DNA of 58,258 bases, taken from positions 1 through 58,258 of the forward strand of contig NW_026856310.1 in the NCBI RefSeq assembly GCF_026571515.1. The letters are read 5' to 3'. The stretch is from Ruditapes philippinarum. Lineage: Eukaryota. Below, piece by piece: positions 23,502-35,500 of the stretch (position 1 is its first letter; each line of letters starts with the position of its first letter). A program made the position numbers and the translations under genes. The notes beneath the pieces were generated by a model, which was not told the DNA's origin, did no database searches, and saw only the letters and a program-made list of their open reading frames with translations.

Positions 23502-26500
23502 TCAATGTCTAAAGTAATAATCCACCGCTGTAGAGAATACTGCAAAACCTGCAGCCCCAAATGCAGCCGCTTTTAATCCAGCTGAAATGCAAGAAAGAAA
23601 GTTTAAACTATTTTACACAAACACTATTTACATAAACTTAAAGTATAAATAAAAATTTATGTACATATTATTAATGTTTAAATAATACTGTGTTTTATAT
23701 GAGTGTGTAATACTGTCAAATGTTTTTGTATATTAAATATTACTAATAACTTTTGATACAAAATAACTTTCAAACAATGTATCTTACATATAAAAATTAA
23801 ATGCATACATTGAAATTACTAAATTGTTAGACAGTTTGTCAAGATATTATTATTTAATATTTTATCCTAATTAATGGATCAGACATTCTGTGTTAAAACT
23901 TGTTCACATAAATCTAACTAATATTCTTCATTTATATAAATGTTTCTATGTTTTGTATACATATTACGTAGTCAATAAACTCACAGATTTAACTAGAAAT
24001 GTGTCCATAGGACACAGGTGCCCCCACACTCCACCAATTTGTCAATCTTATGTCTCTAGGTCAAATAATTTTTTTGGCTACATGTGCCCAAGTTGAAAAC
24101 TAAAAATCTTTTATTAAGTAAAGGGCAAATACTACAAATACTGAATAAATCCACAAGAAAACCCCAAGGTGCATAATTACACATGCTGACCAACATTCTT
24201 GTAAACTTTCAGGCCTACAGGTCATACACTTTTCGGGTTACAGGCAACAAAAGTTAAATATTGTAAATTTTTACTAAGTCAAGGACAATAACTCTAAAAG
24301 TACTAAAAATATCCACATGAAAATACCCAGGTGCACAACTACACATGCTGAGCAACATTCCTGTAAGGTTTCATGACTATAGGTCAAATACTTTTTTAGT
24401 TGCGTGCGACACAAGTTGAAAATTGGAAATTTTTACTAATTAAGGGCAATAATTCTAAAAATACTAAATATATCCACACTAAAATACACAGGTGCACAAC
24501 TTCACATGCTGAGCAACATTCTTGTAAGGTTTCATGACTCTAGGTCAAATATTTTTTGAGTTACGTGCAACACAAGTTGAAAATTGTAAATTTTTACTAA
24601 GTCAAGAGCAATAACTCTAAAAATACTAAAAATATCCACATGAAAATACCCAGGTGCAATTTAAACTATACATGCTCATCAACATTTCTGAAAGGTTCCA
24701 TGACTCTAGGTCAATTACTTTTTAAGCTATGTGCGACACAAATAGGGAACGGATGGACGGATGGATGGACGGACGTACAAGGGTAAATCTAAATACCCCC
24801 CTATTGTGGGGGCACAAAAAAAACATTGCTGTTATAATATTTTAGTGAGGAGGGAACCTATATATTTCCATAAGTCATGATTATTTAAACCCCAAACTTC
24901 CTCACAAGTCACTCATGTTTATGACTTACATCACTGGAATTTCACAATTTATTTCATACATGTTTATGACTTAGTCACATTGAATGTCACAATTTATTTC
25001 ATACATGTTAACTACATATGTGACATTAAATGTCACAACCTTAATCACACATGTACACTACAGGTCTCATTGAATGTCACACCGTATATCACACATGTTA
25101 ACCACATGTCATGTTGAATGTCACAACTTAAATTACACATGTTTACTACCTGTCTCATTGAATGTCACAAATTTTTACTACAAATGTACATTTCACATTG
25201 AATGTCACAACTGGAATCACAAGTTTATTAAATATGACAATGAACACTTCATTATCATGACTTTTCAAAAGAGCTATTTAACAAAATGGGTGGATGAAGA
25301 TAAGAAATTCTGATGCCTCCAGTCTAAGGGAAATTACTGTTTTTCTTTTATTTCATTTACAAATACTAAAACTTTATTCATCTATATGTGTTTGACTGCA
25401 TGACTGCCAGTAAAATAAGCAAGTCAATTGTCTGTCTTGTTTATATTTGATTATGAAAGTGGAGTTATAATCAGAAATGCAAGAATTGTGTTTATGTAAT
25501 AATATACAACGATTAAAGTGCTATACTCAAAAGACTGCACTTAGCAATCTTATAATTATTATTTCTCAATAATCTGGTTATGTGATATACATTATTTCTC
25601 CTAAAATTAACAATTATTGGTTCAAAACTGAAAGAAATTATTCATTTTTGTTTTTATTACAAGTAATATTTTGTGTACTATACTCAAAACAAGTTTTATT
25701 AATGTCCATTTTGTGAGATATCCATTTATTGAAAACACAATGAATGGGCTATCTTTTTTTTCGAATGATAGTATTAGTTCATATTTAATACAGGAAAGTT
25801 TCCATTATTAAATAGGTTTGATCAAGTCAAGTGTTGTATTATCTGTTTTTTTACACCAGTTTTCAACACATTTTGACATTTTTAGTCTTATCTACATGTA
25901 ATCGGCTTGTCCACATAACCAATTTTACCTGGTTACTTTACCGGTAATAACCCTTTTCTCTGCAAATTGCAAAAGAGAGACCTCCAATCTCAAATGATTT
26001 CTGAATCAGCAATTAGAGACAAATGATCATTAGACTAAATGAGCCGTGCCATGACAAAACCAACGTAATGCATTTGCGACCAGCATAGATCCATACCAGC
26101 CTGCGCATCCGCGCAGTCTGATCAGGATTCATGCTGTTCGTTATCAGTTTTGCTACTTGTTATAGGGTTGATAAGCGAACAGCATGGATCCTTATCAGAC
26201 TGTGGGGATGCGCAGGCTGGCCTGGGTCCATGCTGGTCGCAAACGCATAATGTTGGTTTTGTCATGACACGGCTTAAATGTCCGCAATCAAAAGTCACAG
26301 ATGAATTTTTCACTGAGGATCAAACAAGCAGTCTTAATTCCCAGTTAAACATGAAAGATAGAAAGAGTTAAACGGTACCTCTCAAGCCTAGAGCACCGCC
26401 CACTATAGCTCCTGATATCGTACCATTTGACAAGGGACTTTTCCCACGATACTGGAAAAAAAAAACAAAGAAAATTTATCATTCTATATTATAGCATATT

Positions 26501-29500
26501 GATAATATACAAGGTCATTTTTTTGCTTTTACAATGTCTATTAAAATCATTCATTTATTTGTTTGTTTTGTTTGGTTTTACAGTGAAAGAAATTCGGATT
26601 TAAATCCACTAGGCTGGTCGGACTACTAGATTGGAATATTCACTAACCCAAAAGACATTTCACTAGCACGATTCATTTGTTCAAAACAGTTGTTTATATT
26701 GCCTCTGAAAATACAGTAGCCTGGTCAGGCTTGTTACTGACAAAAGTTGGTAGCCTGAGGAGAAATTTAGTGGTCAGGGGCTATCAGACTCATGCTAATT
26801 TCAAACACTGTTTTATAGTGCACTAACATAAATTAAGCATCTATTTGTTTGATTTACATGTATTTGGTTTTATAGTTCACAAATTAGTTAACATAGTACT
26901 GAAACAGAAAAGATGATTTTGGATATATACAAGGTCATTTTGCTTTTACAATGCCTATGAAAATAATTCAAAACATGTAAAAAGACCTTTTTGTTTGTTT
27001 GATTTTATGGTGTACCAATACCAATTACCAATATGGTGTTACAAACTAAGAGATGCATAGACTCCAGTAACACAAACCCATTTAGTCTGACTCCTCTTGC
27101 AATCATGCAGGGATAAACCCTGGCTGCATTTCTGATGCCTAAACCCTTAGAGGCAACTCCTCAGTCACAAGGGTGAAAAAGATCCATAAAGGTTACAATT
27201 AATACATTGTACTGAAAAGAAACTTAACAATATGGTCGTTCATTACAGTATCACACATACAATCTTTGTGACATTGAAATAACTGACTAACCAAATTAAC
27301 ACTGTTTTCTTAACCTGCTGGAGAGAGACATGATTAATTAGCCAAGCAGTTTGACAAAGCCCTATAATTTAAAGTGACATAACTTTTAATATGGATATCC
27401 TTATAATTGTTAACAGACAATTCTAAGATTGCTTGCGTCTATACTAGTGGTAATGCTAAGATTTCCTTTTCTGTTCCAGCATAGTAAGGTCTGAATTATA
27501 ACAAGTCAGCAAGTGCATTTGTACTGATGAGTAAAAGACATTCACTCTTACAGTTTCAAGAATGCATTCAGTGCCAGCAAACATAAATCCAATAGTTCCA
27601 AAGTTTCTTCCATATGATGAGCATCTCACTTTCATTTCTTTCAATACCGCACGAGTTGATGGTGTCTGATCTGGTGTCGTAGTCGTGTAAGTTGACATCG
27701 GGTCCATACCCACCGTGAATAAACCAATTGCACCACCCAGAGCAAAGCCTGTCATTAAAAAAAACATATTTGTAATATATAGAATGATATTATTTTTTTG
27801 AACTAGTTCAAAAATTTTAGTAATGAACTTACACCAATTTAATATTTTATTTATCGCACAAAAAATAAAGACTGTTTAAAGTGATAAAGAAAGATTTTTC
27901 AATGACGCGCCTTTAGTATAACACTAACATTTAGCGAGTCTTATCACTACAATCATATAATGCAAATGAAGCCTCATCAAAATATTAAATGTACAGCCAT
28001 GCAATACCATTTTTACCGAGTTGCTAAATCATGGGTATGTTATAAACAATATTGTCATAACAAACAAATTGGTAACAACACCGTATATTTTGTATCAATT
28101 AACCTTTATTGCCTTAATCACCATCATGAGGTGTTTAAAGCATGTGACACCGACTGTTACTTATTCAGAACATGCAAGGATAGAAAATTCCACTTGTCCG
28201 CCCGTAATTTATTTACGAATAGAGATAGATGCAGGAGAGTACAAAATGGTAGAATGCTCGTCCTGCCAAAGCAGAAATTTGCCAATGCAATAGGAAGCTA
28301 GAATTCCCATAATCAGTTTGTTTACTTTTAACGATGGAAAAACTGAAACAAAGCTTGTGTTTTAGGTTATGTATAAATTGCGCACTTTACAAATTGCTTA
28401 AAGGATATGGGTGTAACTTGAACGTGCCCGACAATGCTCTATAAAGTGCGCGATTTATACATAACCTCAAACACAATCTTTGTTTCCTGTTTTGGTTTGT
28501 AAAATTTGTGTAAACAAACTTATTATGAAAATTTCTATTGGTCAATTGCATTGGCAGGGTTCTATTGCATCAGTGAGATTCATTTTGAAAATTGTGCCCA
28601 AAAAAGAGGACGAGTAGCATACCATGCAGGACAAGTAGAAATTTGAAGCCACTCATCATGCTGCTCGAGCTGTTCTATGAAAATGTTTCAATCCCTGAAC
28701 ATGTCGACCCCCAACTTTTTTTGTCTTTTTGTGTTTTCAACAGAAAAGGTGTGATTTTCAATATATTTCTGCTGAAGGGACCCAACATCAGGTTTGAGAG
28801 ATCCGAGGTAGAACAATATATACTATATAGGAATTTTACCAGGACTTGGCAGTGTGCTTGAGCTATAGAAGGTATTCAAGAAATCCGGGTCTGAGGCCAT
28901 CCTTAAAAAAATGTTTGTTTGCAGTAACCCGACCCAGAATTTTCAAGGTAGGTAGTTGGGTCGATTTTTTTTTTTGAACTGTTCTCCCAAATAAGCATGG
29001 AATTTTAAAATGCTGGACAATATATGCTTTGATAATCTGGTAACAATTAATAAATTGATAACTGAATTCTAATGTAATAAGACCTACATTTTATTTCTTC
29101 TATTAACGTTTAAAAGAACGAAAACAAAGCACAAGGCATAATTTTCCGATTCAAAAAAAAAATTCATCCAGACCATGAAAAAAAATTTTGAGTAGGGGCA
29201 ATTTTTGTGAGTCGATCGCGTTACTGCAAATGAACATTTTTTTAAGGATGGCCTGAGTGAACGAAGTTTAACTGTATACCCTTTTTTCTTTCTTTTTCTA
29301 AAAAGTGTCAGTCCACAAGAAAGCATGATATATTGCTGTGCAGAGAAAATAAATACTGCCTACCAGTTTTATTCAAAAACTCTTTTTGGCTTGCTCTGTT
29401 AACCGTTAAACACTACCTTATTGAATGTTGGTTAAAGAAAGTTTGAATATCGTTCGTTGTTATCTCCAAATGGCGAGAAAAAAAGAGCATTTAGTTGCAG

Positions 29501-32500
29501 TTGAATAACATCAATGTAAATAGTTTTAATTATTTATTCCATGCGCTGAATTAACAAAAAATGATTTAATAATTCATCTTTCATATAAATAAAACAACAA
29601 ACATAAGCAGAAAAACAATGTCGGTATAATTAACTTAGACTATTTATTATTAATCATAAATAATATGAAATTAGGCAAAGCTTATGAATGGGGAAGTCGT
29701 TAAAAAATCCTTTTATTTCCGTTTTAAAGGTATCATGCACCGCTTCCATTTTCACTTGGAACACTCAACGATTATTATTTATCCGAAAAGTTGCGACTGT
29801 TCTGTTATGATTATTCATTCCATGTGCTTAGATTTAATTTATATAATTAATCTGTCATACAAATAAAACAACAAATCATATTTATTATTTAATCATAAAT
29901 ATAACTTTGCATAACCATATACTTAGAATGTACTTTGTATAATGGGTCATGAAACTTTGACACTTTTATCATGATGACAACACTCAGCATGCCCATTCAC
30001 GCACTACAGTGCGTAATTCATGCACAAAATTCTAGATGCAAGCATAAAACTTGTAAGCAGGGGGTACATGAACGCAAAGTAAAATCGTCAGAATGAATGT
30101 TTGGGATAGCCTAATATGCATATCAACTATCAAAGTATTTTGAGTTCACCAATGATCAGAAAAAAGTTAGTCACTTGATTTTTTATCAACTACCTTCAAT
30201 TGTGAGCTTTAGGTATGTCATATGAAATGAAAAAATAAACATTTGAGATTTTGAAATAAATTAACATAATTTTGGAGTTACAAAATTTTGGTAATAACAA
30301 GTAATAATCGTATGGACTAAATAGAAAAACAGTTTTTGTAATGGCTGTTATATTGCTACCTTAAGTGATGAGATTGTGTCTGTGTTATTGGGTAGTAATA
30401 CTTAGTGAAACAACTGTTCATTAATATCATGTTGACTAAAATGTTCTTACAAACAAAAACATGTTTAAACTTATGTGTACTCCCAGATTTTGAAATGTAC
30501 CCCTAATTTTCAATGACAAGGGGAACATGTAACCCTACATTTAAAATTGAGTGGGCATGCTGAACACATACATAAATAAAATTTCCTTCATAATAATATT
30601 CTGTTGTTTTTTTTCTCTTTTCTTTTTTTGACAAAACAGACGGAGCACCTTATAAACATACAAGGACAAATGAGGGTTGTTGGTTCAAGAACCTTCATTT
30701 GTAATTCTTCAAATGTAAAATCCAGTTGTTTGCATGTGTGTTCCACCCGTTTGATCTCATTGTTGATGTACTTCAAGCGTAAATACCAGCTTACAATGTA
30801 CATGTCATGACGGTCTCATCTTTCGGACCTGTGTGATTTCTTACTTTTGGGCTTTAAAACATTAACTAGCGGTTAATTGGGGATCTGTAAATAGTAAATT
30901 GTAATAGAAAAATATATTGTGCATTGATTCCATGCAAAAATCCGACGATATTACCGCCCGGTGAAAAATTTTAACACAGATAACCGGCATACCCATAATT
31001 TTCGTACCTGAATGTTGCATACCTTGTCTATAATAATATAACAGTGAAAAAAAAAATTTTTTTTAATTTTTTTTTTTTAATATACAGTGAACTCGACAGT
31101 TCCGGGTCAGTAACGAAATTACCGAAGCGTGACTCTTTGAAACGAAAGTTGAGAGAAACTAAACTGCTTTAATTGTGCAACAAATATTTCCTCCTTACTA
31201 TGATATAATTCAACAATTCTAATAATTTGGTAAACTTATTTTTCAGAGTATTCATCTGCCCGCTGTATATTTGACAGTTTCGGGTCGCACTTGCTATTTC
31301 CGGGTCACGTGATAAAATGTTTATATTTGTCTTCGGGGGGCATCTCAAACGATGTAATATTCAACAAAACAGCTGTCATAATAACAACACTTTTATTGAG
31401 CATTTTTTGTTCAATATAAAAATAAAATGTAAATGAAAGAGGTAGAATATATCACAGGCAAAGAAAGAACAAAAATCACCTGCAATTACTTATTGCACAT
31501 TAAAACATAAAATATTGCATATAAAAACATGGAAAGAAAAAATAGACTGTAAGACATGTATTAAACCATGAGTGAAAAAATGAAAAATCACAGTGAGTTA
31601 ACATGGAATTAGTAATATCTAGGGTCACAATATGTTGTACATTAAATCACTGTCTACATACAAAGGCTGCTACTTATAGATCACCAACATTTCAGAGCAC
31701 TCTTTAACTGAAGTATTTATTTCTCTTAACCGAGAGATAACCACATTAATGTTTTGTTTTGCAGATATAAAATATGTTGCAGGAATAACCACTCCCCCTC
31801 CTTCTTCATTTTGTGAAGGCCATGGTGGGAAACTAGGTATTGGTTCTCCTGTTGCCTCGGCAAATATATTACCACCTTCATCTAATACAGAACGAAACAA
31901 CCCTGCCAAAGACCTAGGAACATGCCCTACAGGCAGATCAGCAATATCAAATAATTTCAAAAAACGTTTAGCATCTGTTACCATTGAGTGCATATTTTCA
32001 TTGAACTGGTCTAATGGTGGTACCCACACCAAACAAGCATTAATGTCTTTAATATTTGTGTATTCTCTATGTAATAGAAAGAGCATCGACACAATATAAA
32101 ACCCCACAAAAAATTAACCAATGTTGAATGAACTAGAATCTGAATAGGATATTTCCATCGCTATCCCTTTCTCTGTCGTCATAATATGTAAACCCCGGAC
32201 AAAATGAACCAATCAATGGGCATGCTCTGGAGTGAGGGTAACTAATACCTGCACTCCAGTTAACGCACTGTGCATGTATATGTATACGATTTAACTCTGT
32301 CACATTTTCAACAGAAAGGTCCCCAAACTATGATACAACAATTAACTCTTTAGCGCATTGGAGGTACTGTATATGGTGGCCGAATCTTGTAAGCATGGTA
32401 CCACTTGATAACTGATTTCTGTATCTCAATGACTGAAATATCTTGTCTATCATCATCATTACTGATACAAACACTCTCTGAACATCTTGTCTGTTGATTG

Positions 32501-35500
32501 TGTTCAACCGAATCGTTAATGGGCTGAAATAAAAAAGTAATACAGTGCTATACTATTTTTTCTACTAAGAGCTGTCACAATCATTTTACAAATGCTGCAC
32601 TTTGCATCATCGAAGTTATAACTATATTATTTTTTATAATCAAATTAAAGTAAATACACAGCTGAGATAAAGAGTAACATGCTGACAGATGGACAAGCTA
32701 GTGTAAGTATACTCAGAGTGCAACTACTTTATTTCCAATTACAGAACATACAGAATATATATTATAATCTTGTGAAAAACTTTATCTCACTTAAGATATA
32801 TGTTTTAAAACAAATATTAACATCTTCAGTGTACAATCAGGACACTGGAATGGTTCATCTTCTCCAACAGGGTCTGCAATGTGAACAACAGGTATGTTCC
32901 GTTTTCTCTTCGGAGCCATATTCCTAAAAAAATATCAATTTAATATTTATTTAAACAGTAAATATAAAATGAAACCAGACCCCCCCCCCAAAGAAATTCA
33001 AACAAACAACATCAATAAGTAAAACCCTACAAAAATCACTTGAAAAACACACACAAAAATACATTTTGTTATCTGAGTACTGTAACAATATCAAAAACAT
33101 ACAACTTTTCAAGACTCTGGTTGAAACCATTGTAACAGTTCTATAAAGGGGGCACCATCCACATTTAAAGCATATCAAAATATATGTAAACACAAGTTTA
33201 AATGGATCAGTATCAAGGATTTACCTTAGATATATCAATTTATACATTTAATTACTCTTAAAAAGTTACCAAAATCGTTTTTGAAAGACATTCCTAATTT
33301 TGAGAATTTCCCTCTGTCTGACCCGAAATTGGCATATGTAAACTAGGTCATATTGTCTGCTAGTTTTTCATAAAGACGTTTGACAAAAGCGATGAAAGTT
33401 TTTAATCTTGTTCAGTGGTAAATAATCTTCAAATAATTGTGCAAAACATACCTGTATTACTTAAATTATTGATACAAATAACAGTTTTTGCGGTGGCATG
33501 TAAACAAATAATATCTGCTTTCACTTTAGTGGGAAATGATGCAGTCAAGCGTTTCGTGATTGCGACATCCATTCTTCAAATGACAACATCCGAAATCAAC
33601 GTGAAAGTAGCTAAGTTATTAGTCAATATGACTCAGTGTTGCATCTAGGCCGCGCGATTGCGCGATTTGCGCATTTTTTATGCAGATCGCGCATTTTATT
33701 GAAGTCAGTGCGCGCCAAGTCGCGCATCTGACAATCTTTTCAACTTAATTCAGTTTATCTTCATCGTATCTTTAACGCTTCAGCCATGTTTGTTTTCACT
33801 CGTGGTTATGACTAAAATACGTACTAAATCGCATGTAGCAGCCGACTAAGTCATCTCGCGTGTGTTTTGTAGTATTCGTCAATATTTTATTTTTTTACTT
33901 CCGTTTTTGAGCGGACGATAGCTGTCAAAAATGCCTGAATGTAAAATAAATGAACTCTATTCGGTATGTCATATTGTAAGGTCAATGTATGTCCCCCACA
34001 TCTTTTTCAAATCCCCCACATTTTTCAATTGAGTGGGGGACAATCCCCCATAATTTTGAAATTCTAGATGCAACACTGTATGACTTGATTATAAAATTAA
34101 TGAACAAGAGCCACCGCCGGGCGGGGGCAACGCTCGACTTTTTACTTTTTCTAAACGCAAACATAGAAAGGTTTGAACATATATTAACGTTTCCTTTTTA
34201 TAAATTTAGTTTGTCTGTCTTGTCACATTAGTTTTCTTTATATATTTTGTATATATATGAATAGAAACATTAAGCATATTTCTAAAAATAGCAACAGTAC
34301 GCAATTTCTTAAAATAGCAACATGACGCAATTTCTCAATATAGAAAAAATGACGCAATTTCTAAAAATACAAAAAATGACATAATTTCTAAAAATAAAAA
34401 AGTGATGCAATTTCTAAAAATAGCAACAATGATGCAATTTCTAAAAATAGAAAAATTGACGCAATTTCTAAAAATAGAAAAAATGAAGCAATTTCTAAAA
34501 AAAGAAAAAAATGACGCAATTTCTAGATATACTAAAATAGAAATTATGACGCAATATCTAAAAATAGAAATTATGACGCAATTTCTAAAAGTAGAAAAAA
34601 TGACGCAATTTCTAAAAATAGCACCAATGACGCAATTTCTAAAAATAGAAATTATGACGCAATTTCTAAAAATAGAAATTATGACGCAATTTCTAAAAAA
34701 TGACGCAATTTCTAAAAATAGCACCAATGACGCAATTTCTAAAAATAGAAAAAATGACGCAATTTCTAAAAATAGAAATTATGACGCAATTTCTAAAAAT
34801 AGAAAAAATGACGCAATTTCTAAAAATAGCACCAATGACGCAATTTCTAAAAATAGAAATTATGACGCAATTTCTAAAAATAGAAAAAATGACGCAATTT
34901 CTAAAAATAGCAACAATGACGCAATTTCTAAAAATAGAAAAATTGACGCAATTTCTAAAAATAGAAAAAATGAAGCAATTTCTAAAAAAAGAAAAAAATG
35001 ACGCAATTTCTAGATATACTAAAATAGAAATTATGACGCAATATCTAAAAATAGAAATTATGACGCAATTTCTAAAAGTAGAAAAAATGACGCAATTTCT
35101 AAAAATAGCACCAATGACGCAATTTCTAAAAATAGAAATTATGACGCAATTTCTAAAAATAGAAATTATGACGCAATTTCTAAAAAATGACGCAATTTCT
35201 AAAAATAGCACCAATGACGCAATTTCTAAAAATAGAAAAAATGACGCAATTTCTAAAAATAGAAATTATGACGCAATTTCTAAAAATAGAAAAAATGACG
35301 CAATTTCTAAAAATAGCACCAATGACGCAATTTCTAAAAATAGAAATTATGACGCAATTTCTAAAAATAGAAAAAATGACGCAATTTCTAAAAATAGAAA
35401 AAATGACAATTATGACGCAATTTCTAAAAAAAGAAATTATGACACAATTTCTAAAAATAGAAAAAATGATGCAATCTCTAAAAATACTAAAAATAGAAAT

